Notes: generated by a model from the letters alone, not told the origin. Counted from the stretch's first letter, positions 9,787-20,096 are shown. The stretch: 64,000 nucleotides of DNA from an uncultured Chthonomonadaceae bacterium (GCA_963817895.1 CAWFQB010000014.1:608001-672000), one strand, 5' to 3'. Program-made: numbers and translations.

Positions 9787-11070
9787 TTGAATATTTGCAT
9801 TGTTGGCGGCGGCGTTATTGGACTGTTTACGGCGTATTATGCCATGCGGGAGGGACATCGCGTCACCATTCTGGAGCGGGGCGCGCCGGACCATGACGCC
9901 TGCTCGCTTGGCAACGCGGGCATGATCGTGCCGTCGCACTTTGTGCCGCTTGCCGCGCCGGGTATGGTGTCGCTCGGCCTGCGCATGATGCTCAATCCCA
10001 AAAGCCCGTTCACCATTCGCCCCCGCCTTGACCGCGATCTGGCGCGTTGGAGTTTGGCGTTTGCCCGCGCATCCACCCACGCCCACGTCGCCCGTTCCGC
10101 CCCCCTGCTGCTCGAACTCAATCTTGCCAGCCGCGCGTGTTACGAGGAACTGGCCGCGCTGTGGGGCAATGCCTTTGAACTGACGCGAAACGGCCTGCTG
10201 ATGCTGTGCAAATCCGCGCAAACGCTGGACGCGGAAGCGCATCTGGCGGAACGAGCGCGGGAACTGGGACTTGCCGCCGAGGTTCTCAACCGGGAACAAA
10301 CGGCGCAGCGTGATCCCGGCTTGCGCATGGACGTTGCCGGTTCGGTCTATTTTGCGCAGGATTGTCACCTGTCGCCGGGAAAATTGCTGGCGAGATTGAC
10401 GCAGGAGTTGCAGCAAAACGGCGCGTGTTTCGCGTGGTCAACCGAAGTGACCGGCTGGCGCACTGAGGGCAATCGCATTGACGCCGCGCAAACCAATCAG
10501 GGCGATGTGACGGCAGACGAATTCGTGATTGCGGGCGGGTCGTGGTCGCCCTGGATTGTACGCGGGCTGAATATACGGCTGCCGCTACAGGCGGGCAAAG
10601 GGTACAGCATTACCCTGCCCCACCCCAAACAGCAGCCCAATCTTTGCTCCATTTTAACGGAAGCCCGCGTCGCCGTGACGCCGATGGGCGATACCCTGCG
10701 CTTCGGCGGCACGATGGAGGTGTCGGGCTTGTTGGATACGCGCGTCAATGCCAATCGCGTACAGGGCATTTTGCAGGCCATTCCCAACTACTTTCCCGAC
10801 TTCACGCCCGCTGATTTCCACGATTTGCCCGTGTGGAGCGGCCTGCGCCCCTGTTCGCCCGACGGCCTTCCCTACATCGGACGCTTCCCGCGCTACCAGA
10901 ATCTCAGCGCGGCAACGGGACACGCCATGATGGGCATCAGCCTCGCGCCAATAACAGGTAAACTAATGGCAGCCATCCTTTCCAATGCGCCGACTCCGAT
11001 TGCGGTTGGAGCACTGTCACCGGAAAGATACGAGATAGGAGATAGGAGATACGAGAAGATGCACAGATAG
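9787..11070 (+). CDS. FAD-dependent D-amino acid dehydrogenase, probable D-hydroxyproline dehydrogenase
   Basis: GGGVIG FAD motif, GNAG, GLRP, GHAMMG; operon context. Confidence 0.85.
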   Translation: MNICIVGGGVIGLFTAYYAMREGHRVTILERGAPDHDACSLGNAGMIVPSHFVPLAAPGMVSLGLRMMLNPKSPFTIRPRLDRDLARWSLAFARASTHAHVARSAPLLLELNLASRACYEELAALWGNAFELTRNGLLMLCKSAQTLDAEAHLAERARELGLAAEVLNREQTAQRDPGLRMDVAGSVYFAQDCHLSPGKLLARLTQELQQNGACFAWSTEVTGWRTEGNRIDAAQTNQGDVTADEFVIAGGSWSPWIVRGLNIRLPLQAGKGYSITLPHPKQQPNLCSILTEARVAVTPMGDTLRFGGTMEVSGLLDTRVNANRVQGILQAIPNYFPDFTPADFHDLPVWSGLRPCSPDGLPYIGRFPRYQNLSAATGHAMMGISLAPITGKLMAAILSNAPTPIAVGALSPERYEIGDRRYEKMHR

Positions 11071-11125
11071 AGTGGCGTATTTGCCAGACAAGTATTCCTC
11101 GTATCTCCTATCTCCTATCTCGTAT
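11026..11125. repeat. Paired inverted heptamer arrays (GAGATAC/GAGATAG)
   Basis: Purine-rich left array and complementary right array around a unique spacer. Confidence 0.85.
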
Positions 11126-11145
11126 TTTTCCTCAAGGACAAAATC

Positions 11146-11976
11146 ATGCACCTTTACCGCACCACGCGCGGCGTTTTAGCGCAGGTGGACGACACTATTT
11201 ATTCACTGGGCGATGTGGCCTGGGATGTGGTATTCAACAGCGACAACTTGAGGGATACGGTTCAGCGGCTTGTGGATGATTCGGCAGGCATGGAGGACGC
11301 GCTGAAACCGGAGGAACTGCTGCCTCCCATACACGGGCAGGAGGTATGGGCGGCGGGCGTGACGTACTATCGCAGCCGCGACGCCCGCATGGAGGAATCT
11401 AAAACGGCGGGCGGCGAGGATTTTTACGCCCGCGTGTACGAGGCCGAACGCCCCGAACTGTTCTTCAAAGCGCCACCCTATCGGGTTGTCGGGAGTGGGC
11501 AGAACGTTCGCATCCGCCGCGACTCGCAATGGAACGTGCCGGAACCGGAACTAACCCTTGCCATCAACGCAAAGGGTGAAATCGTGGGTTACACCGTCGG
11601 CAACGACATGAGTTCCCGCGACATTGAGGGCGAAAATCCGCTGTATCTGCCACAGGCCAAAGTGTACGACGGAGCCTGCGCCCTCGGCCCCGGTATTCTG
11701 GTTACGAACGAACCGCAGTCCCCGGAAACCGCCATACGCCTTTCCATTCAGCGCAGCGGCCAGCCCGCCTTTGAAAGTGAAACCACTCTGGCGCAACTTA
11801 AGCGGACACCGCAGGAACTTGTCGAATATCTTTACCGCGAAACCAGTTTCCCGAACGGCTGTTTCCTGCTGACGGGTACGGGAATTGTGCCGCCGTCCAC
11901 CTTCACGCTGCAATCCGGCGACGAGATTACCATTGCCATTGACGGCATCGGTATATTGGTCAATACAGTATCCTGA
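11146..11976 (+). CDS. Fumarylacetoacetate hydrolase family protein (2-keto-3-deoxypentonate dehydratase-like)
   Basis: [38 protein letters not shown]. Confidence 0.88.
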   Translation: MHLYRTTRGVLAQVDDTIYSLGDVAWDVVFNSDNLRDTVQRLVDDSAGMEDALKPEELLPPIHGQEVWAAGVTYYRSRDARMEESKTAGGEDFYARVYEAERPELFFKAPPYRVVGSGQNVRIRRDSQWNVPEPELTLAINAKGEIVGYTVGNDMSSRDIEGENPLYLPQAKVYDGACALGPGILVTNEPQSPETAIRLSIQRSGQPAFESETTLAQLKRTPQELVEYLYRETSFPNGCFLLTGTGIVPPSTFTLQSGDEITIAIDGIGILVNTVS

Positions 11977-12013
11977 GTTCGCATATCAGAGAGCCAACGA
12001 GACATAACGTAAA

Positions 12014-12499
12014 ATGAAACATAGCCGTCACGATCTTCTTAAAGCGCGATTCGCCTTAGCGCGACGCGATCTCAACTCAATCATGGTCCGCCTCACGCCT
12101 GATCTTCTGGATTGGGCGCCGGCAACAGGGATGCGAACCATATCGTGGCAACTCGTTGAAATTGTGGGAACAGAGATACAACTGATTTCGCTTTTGAAAG
12201 CCGACCAAAACATCTCTGACCCTGCTGCGCGGGAGATCATTGGCGATTGTGGGAGCCTGGACAATCTACGCCACGCTTTGATTGATTTCCGTCAACAAAC
12301 GCTTGACTATCTGGATTTGCTGTCAGAAACCGATTTAGCCGAGGAAATTAGCTTTGACGGCGGATGGTTTGCCTCGCTCATGTTACCCACAGTTCCACGC
12401 GCGGAAGTCTTCCTGAACATTGCCGACCATGAATGGTATCACGTCGGGCAACTCACCTCCTATATGTGGACACGCGGCGACAATCCCTATCAATGGTAG
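12014..12499 (+). CDS. DinB-family protein
   Basis: W.P..GMRTI and C-terminal HEWYHVGQL. Confidence 0.75.
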   Translation: MKHSRHDLLKARFALARRDLNSIMVRLTPDLLDWAPATGMRTISWQLVEIVGTEIQLISLLKADQNISDPAAREIIGDCGSLDNLRHALIDFRQQTLDYLDLLSETDLAEEISFDGGWFASLMLPTVPRAEVFLNIADHEWYHVGQLTSYMWTRGDNPYQW

Positions 12500-12532
12500 C
12501 GCGACCTTTTACATCATCAGAAAGAACTTTTC

Positions 12533-14128
12533 ATGGAACTACACGGACAGAATTTTATCGGCAACGCCGTTTCCGCAGAGGAGACGGACAAGATAACAGC
12601 TACTAATGCCGCGACAGGCGAAGCGCTTGAACCCGGTTTTCATGTCGCCAATGACGCGGAAGTGGATCGCGCCGTCAGGCTGGCAAGTGACGCCTTTCCT
12701 GTTTATCGCGGATTGACGGCGGAACAGCGTGCCAGTTTTTTGGAGCGGATTGCGGACGAGATTGTCGCGCTTGGCGATGAATTGCTGGAGCGGGCAAATC
12801 AGGAAACCGCGTTGCCCCTTGCGCGTCTGACTGGAGAACGCGGGCGTACAGTGGGGCAGTTGAAACTGTTCGCTGCTGTAGTGCGCGAAGGGTCGTGGGT
12901 GGATGCGCGTATTGACCGGGCGCAGCCGGACCGCCAGCCACTGCCCAAACCCGATTTACGCCGCATGTTGATTCCGCTTGGGCCGGTCGGCGTGTTCGGC
13001 GCGAGCAATTTCCCATTCGCGTTTTCGGTTGCGGGCGGCGATACGGCTTCTGCGCTGGCGGCGGGCTGCCCGGTTGTCGTGAAAGCACATCCCGCGCACC
13101 CCGGCACATCGGAACTGACCGCGCAGGCCGTTCTTCGGGCGGCAGCCGCAACCGGAATGCCTGAAGGCGTGTTTTCCCTGCTGCACGGCCTGAAAGACAC
13201 GGGCATGGCGCTGGTGAAGCATCCCCTCTTGCAAGCCGTCGGCTTTACGGGTTCGCTCGGCGCGGGACGCGCCCTGTTCGATGCCGCTAATCAGCGCGAA
13301 CGCCCCATTCCCGTGTACGCGGAAATGGGCAGCGTAAATCCGGTTTTTGTTCTTCCCGGCGCACTGAAGGAGCGGGGGGAAAAGATCGCGGAGGGGTTGG
13401 CGGCATCCGTGACAATGGGCGTGGGGCAATTCTGCACCAATCCGGGTCTGGTCATCAGCCTGCAAAACGACGACATACAGGGATTTGTCACGAAAGCGGC
13501 GGAAAAGATCGGGCAGACCGCGCCGGGAAACATGCTGTATCCCGCCATCTGCAACGCTTACGGGCAGGGGATTGCGCGGTTACAATCCACACAGGGCGTT
13601 CGGCAGGAGCATGAAATTACCACACAGGCCAATGCGTCACTCGGACAGGCCAACGCCGCGATTTTCTCTACTCAGGCCGAAACGTTCCTCCACAATCCCG
13701 AACTGGCGCATGAGGTTTTCGGACCGTCCACCCTGCTCGTGATGTGCAAAACCCCGGACGAAATGGCAGCCGTAGCGCAGGGATTGGAAGGCCAGCTAAC
13801 CGCAACCATTCACGGCACCCCCGACGACCTGCGCGAGTACCACAAACTCATTTCCATTCTGGAAACCAAAGTAGGGCGTTTGCTCTTCAACGGCTTTCCG
13901 ACCGGCGTGGAAGTCTGCCCCTCCATGCAGCACGGCGGCCCATACCCCGCCACAACCGACAGCCGTACTACCAGCGTCGGCACAGCCGCCATCTTCCGCT
14001 TTGCCCGCCCCGTTTGCTACCAGGATTTCCCCTCCGAAGTCCTGCCCCCCGAACTGCAAGACGCCAACCCGCGCAATCTCTGGCGACTTGTGGATAATTC
14101 GATGAGCAAAGAGCGTCTTGAACCATGA
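12533..14128 (+). CDS. NADP-dependent aldehyde dehydrogenase (alpha-ketoglutaric semialdehyde dehydrogenase type)
   Basis: ASNFP, FTGS, EMGSVNP, GQFCTNPG, HGGPYPAT. Confidence 0.92.
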   Translation: MELHGQNFIGNAVSAEETDKITATNAATGEALEPGFHVANDAEVDRAVRLASDAFPVYRGLTAEQRASFLERIADEIVALGDELLERANQETALPLARLTGERGRTVGQLKLFAAVVREGSWVDARIDRAQPDRQPLPKPDLRRMLIPLGPVGVFGASNFPFAFSVAGGDTASALAAGCPVVVKAHPAHPGTSELTAQAVLRAAAATGMPEGVFSLLHGLKDTGMALVKHPLLQAVGFTGSLGAGRALFDAANQRERPIPVYAEMGSVNPVFVLPGALKERGEKIAEGLAASVTMGVGQFCTNPGLVISLQNDDIQGFVTKAAEKIGQTAPGNMLYPAICNAYGQGIARLQSTQGVRQEHEITTQANASLGQANAAIFSTQAETFLHNPELAHEVFGPSTLLVMCKTPDEMAAVAQGLEGQLTATIHGTPDDLREYHKLISILETKVGRLLFNGFPTGVEVCPSMQHGGPYPATTDSRTTSVGTAAIFRFARPVCYQDFPSEVLPPELQDANPRNLWRLVDNSMSKERLEP

Positions 14129-14261
14129 TCAGGCATGATTACGATGATTACCATGATGATGCACAGGTGGAAGAACGATTTGTCTCATCTGGAAAGGTTA
14201 TGATAACGCGCCTCCTCAATCATGTTAATCATCGTAATCATGCCTGATCATGGTTCAAGAC
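14115..14261. repeat. Inverted-repeat element with GTCTTGAACC ends
   Basis: 36-bp perfect IR 14115-14150 / 14226-14261; contains the ALDH stop codon. Confidence 0.9.
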
Positions 14262-14312
14262 AAAAAATTAGTACAGGCCGCTAACAATCTCTTGTTAGCG
14301 GCCTGTACTAAT
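14262..14312 (-). terminator. Intrinsic terminator downstream of ssrA
   Basis: Perfect stem TTAGTACAGGCCGCTAACAA / TTGTTAGCGGCCTGTACTAA followed by a T-run on the minus strand. Confidence 0.8.
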
Positions 14313-14320
14313 CGTATCTA

Positions 14321-14672
14321 TGGAGGTGGCGAGACTCGAACTCGCGTTCCCAGCGTTGCGCCCCTAGCGTCTACAAGCATAGTCTCTGATTGTGTTTCGC
14401 GTCCGTCTGTCACAGGGACCAGGCTAACGGATCGCTAGATTGCGAAGTGATTCCCGCTCAGACGGCAAACAGGCCTGAGTGTCGGTAAGCCGGCATAGGT
14501 TATGCCCGGATCACGCTCGGCTGGCAGGAGCATGGCGGACATCGCAGCACTTAGGCCGCGAGCGCGTACTGATTAGTGTTCGCGTTTATGGTTTTGCCGC
14601 TTTTTACGAGGCCAGCGGCGCCTCGGCTCGCAACTAGAAACACTATCCACCAGGTCGATTCCAATCACCCCC
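14321..14672 (-). ncRNA. ssrA: tmRNA
   Basis: 5' GGGGGTG / 3' CACCTCCA acceptor stem with G3-U wobble, T-loop TTCGAGT, tag ANTNQYALAA* at 14583-14551. Confidence 0.97.
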
Positions 14673-14717
14673 GGATATAATTTATTATACGGCAGGAAGA
14701 GGAAAAAAGCAAGAGGC

Positions 14718-14784
14718 GGAATATAGGAATATAGAATATAGGAAGAGGGTAGTTTCCTTCCTATACTCCATATTCCTATATTCT
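14718..14784. repeat. Paired inverted 7-8-mer arrays (GGAATATA)
   Basis: GGAATATAGGAATATAGAATATAGG ... CCTATACTCCATATTCCTATATTC. Confidence 0.75.
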
Positions 14785-15321
14785 TTACTTCCTTCTTGGT
14801 GAAATGACAATACGCCGGTGCGGTTCGTCGCCTTCGCTGTAGGTTTCTATATCCGGGTCATCTACCAGAGCGGAATGGATGATGCGGCGTTCGTGAGCGG
14901 GCAGGGGTTCCATTTCCGCTTCTTCGTTGCGCTCTTTTACTTCGCGGGCATACTCCTGCGCAATGCCGCGCAGGGTATCGGCGCGGCGTTCGCGGTAATT
15001 GTCTGCATCCAGCATCAGGCGCACGTCACCGCTGACGCGCCGAGATAGGATCATATTGACGAGCATTTGCAGAGCATCGAGAGATTGCCCCATGCGTCCC
15101 CACGTCCCGGCAACATCGCTCCCCACCAGCGTAACGTGCATATACGCGCCCTGAACGGCCTGCACAACCGGGCGCGTGTCCTGCCCGATAGCCGCGCAAA
15201 TCTCCTGCATTAGCGCCAGCGCCGTCTGCTGATCCGGTCGGAGCGTGGCCGGGTCAATACCGGTTTGAGACGCGCTCTCTTCCGTATCGGACGTACTGTC
15301 TGCGGCTTGCAAGTCGGTCAT
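14785..15321 (-). CDS. jag: Jag/EloR RNA-binding protein (KH + R3H)
   Basis: GQSLDALQ, ERRIIH, SEGDEPHRRIVI; downstream of yidC. Confidence 0.9.
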   Translation of the reverse strand: MTDLQAADSTSDTEESASQTGIDPATLRPDQQTALALMQEICAAIGQDTRPVVQAVQGAYMHVTLVGSDVAGTWGRMGQSLDALQMLVNMILSRRVSGDVRLMLDADNYRERRADTLRGIAQEYAREVKERNEEAEMEPLPAHERRIIHSALVDDPDIETYSEGDEPHRRIVISPRRK

Positions 15322-15335
15322 GTCAGTCTCCTTGA

Positions 15336-15415
15336 GTAGATACAAGATACGAGATACGAGATAGGAGATAGGAGAAGCATTGCCTCATATCTTGTATCTC
15401 GTATCTCGTATCTAC
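15336..15415. repeat. Paired inverted heptamer arrays (GAGATAC)
   Basis: Direct read of both arms. Confidence 0.85.
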
Positions 15416-15418
15416 CTC

Positions 15419-16744
15419 CTACCGCCGTGTTTTCCGCTTTGGGCGCGGGGGGTTATTTTTGGACGCGGGGGCTGCGCTGCCATTGCGCGAACCGTTCGCG
15501 TCGTCCTTTTTGGTTTCCACAAACGTGACATCGTGAACGCCGGGTGACGCTTTGGGCGTGTATTTATTTGTGGGCGGCATTGGTTCGGGCGGGTTGTTGA
15601 GCGCGTTCAACTTGTTGGGCTTGTACATGTACTTGTACTGCTGCCAGGTGGAGATGATGTTCTGCACCAGATAGTACAGCAGGAAGGCCGACGCCCATTT
15701 TGTCACCATAAACCAGTAGATCATCATGCCCGTCATCATAATGGACATGGATTTCTGCTGCTGCGCCATCTGTGGGTCGGGCGAGGGCGCGAGTTTCATG
15801 GAGATGTACATGCTGGCCGCGTACAAAATCAGGATCGGCATATCCAGATGCGCCAGATCGGGAGCGATTCCCAAACGGTGGCCGATAGCCGAATTCGCGA
15901 CAGCCGGATTGATCCACAGGAAATGCCCGTGCTGAAAGTGGATCTCATACGCCCGTATCAGCGCGAACATCAGGAAAAAGACCGGCATCTGAATCAGGGA
16001 CGGCAGGCACGAGGCGAACGGGCTGACGCCGTGTTCCTTGTACGCCGCCATCGTCTTCATCTGCAATTCCTGCGGATTGTCCTTGTATTCGGCCTGAATT
16101 TTCTTGATAATCGGCTGAACGCGCTGCATCTCGCGCCCGCTCTTATAGGTTTTGAGCAGGAGGGGGAAGGTAATCACCTTGATAAAAATGGCGATGAGGA
16201 CAAGCGCGAACCAGTAGCTGAATGCAGGCGCGGAGCCGGTCATTTTTACAAGGCCGTCTACAACCTTGTAGTAGGTGCTGTGGGAGTTGTACTCGTCCAA
16301 GCTGCTTTCAATCTGTTGCAGCAAATTTTGACCGCGCTCGTTGGGCATACGCGCTATTTGCGCGGCTTTCGTGGTCGGGTAGCTCTGTTCCAGTTGCTTG
16401 ACCGCCGCGCGCGCCGCTGTATCGCCTTCAATGTACAATTCGCGAAGCTGCTGCGCGTTCGTGGTGGCCTTCTGCGCGGGCAGCACATAGCGATCCGGGT
16501 CGGAAGCCAGTTGGGTGGCTCGCAGGAGCGCGGTTGCCGACGTTTCGTTGTCCTTGCCGTCGAACTCGTTGCGCGTAGCCATGTACGTTTCGACTGCCTG
16601 TTTAGGACTGGTGGCTTCCAGTTGTCGGGCATGTTCCAGCGTAAGCGGCGCAACGCCCTGCGGCCCCTGCCCGCATCCACCAAGCATCAGGCCCAACACT
16701 ACCAGCATTATGCTCAACAGCGAATTTCGCGCGGATAATTTCAA
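15419..16744 (-). CDS. yidC: Membrane protein insertase YidC
   Basis: MQRVQPIIKKIQ..YK, SCLP.LIQMPVF; lipoprotein-like LGGC N-terminus; synteny. Confidence 0.93.
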   Translation of the reverse strand: MKLSARNSLLSIMLVVLGLMLGGCGQGPQGVAPLTLEHARQLEATSPKQAVETYMATRNEFDGKDNETSATALLRATQLASDPDRYVLPAQKATTNAQQLRELYIEGDTAARAAVKQLEQSYPTTKAAQIARMPNERGQNLLQQIESSLDEYNSHSTYYKVVDGLVKMTGSAPAFSYWFALVLIAIFIKVITFPLLLKTYKSGREMQRVQPIIKKIQAEYKDNPQELQMKTMAAYKEHGVSPFASCLPSLIQMPVFFLMFALIRAYEIHFQHGHFLWINPAVANSAIGHRLGIAPDLAHLDMPILILYAASMYISMKLAPSPDPQMAQQQKSMSIMMTGMMIYWFMVTKWASAFLLYYLVQNIISTWQQYKYMYKPNKLNALNNPPEPMPPTNKYTPKASPGVHDVTFVETKKDDANGSRNGSAAPASKNNPPRPKRKTRR

Positions 16745-16776
16745 GAGTTTTTCCTCAGCATCGTCACAAGCACTAA

Positions 16777-16864
16777 AGGTGTCAGGTATCAGGTGTCAGG
16801 TATCAGGTGTTGGGAAAGCCTGCCGTACTTGCGCATTGCCCTGACACCTGATACCTGACACCTA
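16777..16864. repeat. Paired inverted heptamer arrays (AGGTGTC/AGGTATC)
   Basis: Direct read of both arms. Confidence 0.85.
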
Positions 16865-16868
16865 CGTT

Positions 16869-17105
16869 TTATGGAATCGGATCATAGCCGCCGGAACTTA
16901 ATGGGTTGCAGCGCAGTATACGGCGTATTCCCAATGCCACGCCCGCGAACAAGCCGTGTTTTAGCACGCACTGCGCGGCATACTCCGAACACGTCGGATG
17001 AAAGCGGCACACGGCAGGACGCATCGGAGCCGTTGACTGATAGGCCCGTATGCACAGCACGACCAATCGGCGCGGCCATTCTCCCAATTGCTTAACTGGA
17101 TTCAC
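16869..17105 (-). CDS. yidD: Membrane protein insertion efficiency factor YidD
   Basis: CRFHPTCSEY, RILRCNP..GGYDP. Confidence 0.95.
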   Translation of the reverse strand: MNPVKQLGEWPRRLVVLCIRAYQSTAPMRPAVCRFHPTCSEYAAQCVLKHGLFAGVALGIRRILRCNPLSSGGYDPIP

Positions 17106-17478
17106 GTTCCCGTTTCGCCTCGTTCAGCGCGCCGCTCCGCTGTAGCAGTACGCGAACCCCCTCCTGAATTTCGAGCCAGGTGGCTGTTTTCAGGCGTCCG
17201 CGTCCCACAAAGACCAGATCAACCGCGCCGGGTTTCAGTTCATCGAGTATCAGGCGCATGGCTTCGCGCAATCGTCGCTTGATACGATTACGAACCACCG
17301 CGTTCCCCTGCTTCTTGCTTACCACAAATCCCACGCGCCTGCCAGGAATCTGCGCGGCCTCTTCCCCCGTCCGCCGCATCACGTACAGCACGGCAAGCGG
17401 ATGGACGTACTCGCGCCCGCGCTTGTACACGCGCCGAAAGTCCTGATTTCGCTGCAAACGTTGGTTGGCGGGCAGCAT
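17092..17478 (-). CDS. rnpA: RNase P protein component
   Basis: GFVVSKK.GNAVVRNRIKRRLRE (RNR motif). Confidence 0.96.
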   Translation of the reverse strand: MLPANQRLQRNQDFRRVYKRGREYVHPLAVLYVMRRTGEEAAQIPGRRVGFVVSKKQGNAVVRNRIKRRLREAMRLILDELKPGAVDLVFVGRGRLKTATWLEIQEGVRVLLQRSGALNEAKRERESS

Positions 17479-17482
17479 GGGA

Positions 17483-17600
17483 GTAGGTTGTTAGGTTGTT
17501 AGGTTGTTAGTTGTTAGGTTTTCAGTCAGTTAAGTTCGCTATACTTGATATGCCAACTCCTCAACCTAATAACCTAACAACTAACAACCTAACAACCTAC
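17483..17600. repeat. Paired inverted 7-8-mer arrays (TAGGTTGT)
   Basis: Direct read of both arms. Confidence 0.85.
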
Positions 17601-17757
17601 TCTTCTTGTCCTTACGGACGCAAGGCGCGAACGGTTTCCCTTTCGCGCCTTGACGTAATATTAGGTAGAGGGTTTGCGGAAATATGCGCGATAGCGCGAA
17701 GGCAGTGGCCTCAATCAAAGATTTGGCTCAACGATTTGAAGGCAGCAGAAGACGGCT

Positions 17758-17892
17758 CTACTTGATCAGTTCGTGACGGCCTTTGAAGCGGCGGCGGCGC
17801 AGAGTGTTGCGGCCATCCAGCGTCTGCATTTTCTTGCGGAAGCCATGCACCTTTTTGTGACGACGATTATGGGGCTGAAAAGTACGTTTCAT
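17758..17892 (-). CDS. rpmH: 50S ribosomal protein L34
   Basis: Not in ORF track; [44 protein letters not shown]. Confidence 0.97.
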   Translation of the reverse strand: MKRTFQPHNRRHKKVHGFRKKMQTLDGRNTLRRRRFKGRHELIK

Positions 17893-17987
17893 AGATTGGA
17901 AAACTCCTCGACAAAGCATTTACACGGAAACTGCGTTTAGTATAGCACAATCCGCGCCGTTTAGGGAACCTTGTTGGCGAAATCTCT

Positions 17988-18413
17988 TCAGCCTGTTTTC
18001 GGATGGCAGGTACGACAGGCGCGACAAAGCCTGTGATTAATCTGATGTGAAAAGGCGATTGTCAGACCGCCCGCCACCACAAGGCACGTTCCCCATGCTT
18101 CCGCGCCCCGCGCTTCAATGCCATGCCCCCCGGCGAGCAGGGCCAGCCCGACCGCCAGAAAAGCCAGCGCGTTTCCCCGCCGATGCCTGCGGTAGCCGAA
18201 GCAGAGACTGCTCACGCCGAGCAGCGCGGACAGGGCAAGCAGCCCCCACTCCACCGGTTCGCTTGCCAGAAAACTCAGACCTATCAGCGGCAGCAGGGTG
18301 AGAATAAACGGCATTACAGCGCAGTGAACGGCGCACAGGAACGAGGCTGCCGCGCCTGCCGTGTCGAGATCGAAGCGCTGTCGCCAACGCAGAATATGTG
18401 TGTACGTGTTCAC
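17988..18413 (-). CDS. MerC-domain membrane protein
   Basis: ASFLCAVHC motif, several TM segments, C-terminal CRACRTCH. Confidence 0.8.
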   Translation of the reverse strand: MNTYTHILRWRQRFDLDTAGAAASFLCAVHCAVMPFILTLLPLIGLSFLASEPVEWGLLALSALLGVSSLCFGYRRHRRGNALAFLAVGLALLAGGHGIEARGAEAWGTCLVVAGGLTIAFSHQINHRLCRACRTCHPKTG

Positions 18414-18415
18414 GG

Positions 18416-19210
18416 CTAATGAATGTCCCAGTAATTGTCGTCAGGCGATTTGTACGTCGCGGCGAAGGGTAGTGTTTTGACGTGACCATCCACGAACGAG
18501 TAGGGAGCCTGATTCGCGTAGCGTTTCGTATCCAGCAGCGGCTCCCAATCGAGACAGTAAGAGTCGTTGGGAAACAGGGAACAGGGCGGAAAAATTCTGC
18601 CGTTGCTCCACCAGTAGGGACTCGCCTTGTCCGCTTTCTCATACGGGTCTACTCCAAAATCAAAGAATTCCGAAATCCAGAAGGGGTCACCGGCAGGCGG
18701 CGCAGGCACAGGCAGCGGCGCGGTTCCCGTCACGACATCCCAATTGCTGGCGCGCAGGGTGCTGTAGATCGTTTCCGCCGGTTTGTCAATGGCTATTTCG
18801 CTCGTGTTGTTGCACGTCAGCAGGCCGTTATTCACAAACGAACCCCACATATAGGGCATATTCTTTGACGGGTCGGAGGGGTCCCACCAGACGCTCTGCT
18901 TGTTGGCGGTTCCACGCCCCATTTTAATGTACGGATCGAGCGCCTGTTGATAGAAGTGAACGGCGTACCAGCTCACCACTTCCCAATCGCCATTGCCGTC
19001 GCTGGACTGGATACGCGGAAAGTAGCCGTCGTAGTCGTCGCTGTACATCCGGTTGGCAAGAGTGATCTGCTTCATGTTGGAAATGCAGATCGCCTTGCGG
19101 GCTGCGGAACGCGCCTGCGAAAAGACGGGGAACAAAATCGCCGCTAATATCGCAATTATAGCGATTACTATAAGCAATTCAATCAGGGTGAAACCGCGTT
19201 TTGCTTGCAT
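18416..19210 (-). CDS. Prepilin-type N-terminal / H-X9-DG (DUF1559-like) protein
   Basis: [34 protein letters not shown] before ATG 19210. Confidence 0.9.
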   Translation of the reverse strand: MQAKRGFTLIELLIVIAIIAILAAILFPVFSQARSAARKAICISNMKQITLANRMYSDDYDGYFPRIQSSDGNGDWEVVSWYAVHFYQQALDPYIKMGRGTANKQSVWWDPSDPSKNMPYMWGSFVNNGLLTCNNTSEIAIDKPAETIYSTLRASNWDVVTGTAPLPVPAPPAGDPFWISEFFDFGVDPYEKADKASPYWWSNGRIFPPCSLFPNDSYCLDWEPLLDTKRYANQAPYSFVDGHVKTLPFAATYKSPDDNYWDIH

Positions 19211-19245
19211 TGTATGACTCCTTATTTGTGACATGTTCCATCTAT

Positions 19246-19542
19246 TCATCGTCTTCTTCCTTTCACGCGCCGGGAGAGCGCAGGACGCAAACGGCGACGG
19301 GGCAAACGCGGCGGGATAAAGTGAGATCGCGCGTTTTTTGGCGGATGCAGGCACACATACAGCACGAAAATCAGCGTGGCAACAAAGCACCCCAACCCCC
19401 AATAAATTTGTTCGGGAGAGGGCCTGTCATCGTCGCCATGCGCGCGGGCGGCAGGCATTGCGGCCAGCATACACACCACGATGTAGCACCACTGGTAAAA
19501 AGCCGTTCGTATCCATTTGCGCCCGGTTGCCACGCTGTCCAC
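19246..19542 (-). CDS. Small membrane protein
   Basis: AAGGGAG before GTG; signal-like segment ending ARA-HG, one TM, basic tail. Confidence 0.55.
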   Translation of the reverse strand: MDSVATGRKWIRTAFYQWCYIVVCMLAAMPAARAHGDDDRPSPEQIYWGLGCFVATLIFVLYVCLHPPKNARSHFIPPRLPRRRLRPALSRRVKGRRR

Positions 19543-19610
19543 AGAACTCCCTTTCCGTATTATGTAAATAATGAATCAGGCAGATACCCGGTCGAGTCGC
19601 TGATTGCGTA

Positions 19611-19717
19611 TGGACGGCTGCGGCAAGACGTGCTATAATGCCGTTGGTCAACGGTTGTGGCCTTGCCGCAATCGCCCGGTGGACGGCTGCTGCGAACAGT
19701 CGTCCACGTTTTGCTTT
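19611..19717. ncRNA. Structured module copy 1 (candidate cis-regulatory or antisense sRNA)
   Basis: TGGACG-17-TATAAT, long hairpin, 11-bp hairpin plus T-rich tail; homologous to 19880-19980 and 25077-25178. Confidence 0.5.
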
Positions 19718-19879
19718 CAGCGGACCTGGGTTGCGCCTGTTGATAACAAAGCGGCGTGGCACATGAAATTGCGCTTTAAGCAGGCGAAACAGCCCGCACA
19801 CCGGCGAAGTCAGCAATCTGACAGACGGGATTTACATTCAGCGATCTAAGATTAAGGTTGTGAAAATAGCGTGAGGTGA

Positions 19880-19980
19880 AGAACGATTGGGGTACGGGGC
19901 GGGTAAAAACGCGTTGGTCAACGGTTGAAGCCCTGCCGCAATCATCCGGCACAAGTTTGCTGCGAACAAATCTCTGCCCC
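19880..19980. ncRNA. Structured module copy 2 (degenerate promoter)
   Basis: Shares CGTTGGTCAACGGTTG, TGCCGCAATC and CTGCGAACA with copy 1; outer stem retained despite substitutions. Confidence 0.4.
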
Positions 19981-20096
19981 TCTTGTAGTTTCCGGTGTTG
20001 TATTTACTCTGGAATTCGCCTGCTCTTTCTGAACAGCGCTGCATAGATACGTCTATTGATACCGCCTGTTGCCTGATGCACAGGATCGTTGAATGA

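Noticed and set aside
17893..17990. oriC next to rpmH
   Set aside because: No DnaA-box cluster and no dnaA; TTATCCACA matches in the window are isolated and mostly intragenic.
19427..20044. ORFs 19427-19816 and 19838-20044 sharing LFAA..IAA..QPLTN
   Set aside because: The similarity is explained by the nucleotide-level structured repeat; no clear SD; one overlaps the 19246-19542 gene.
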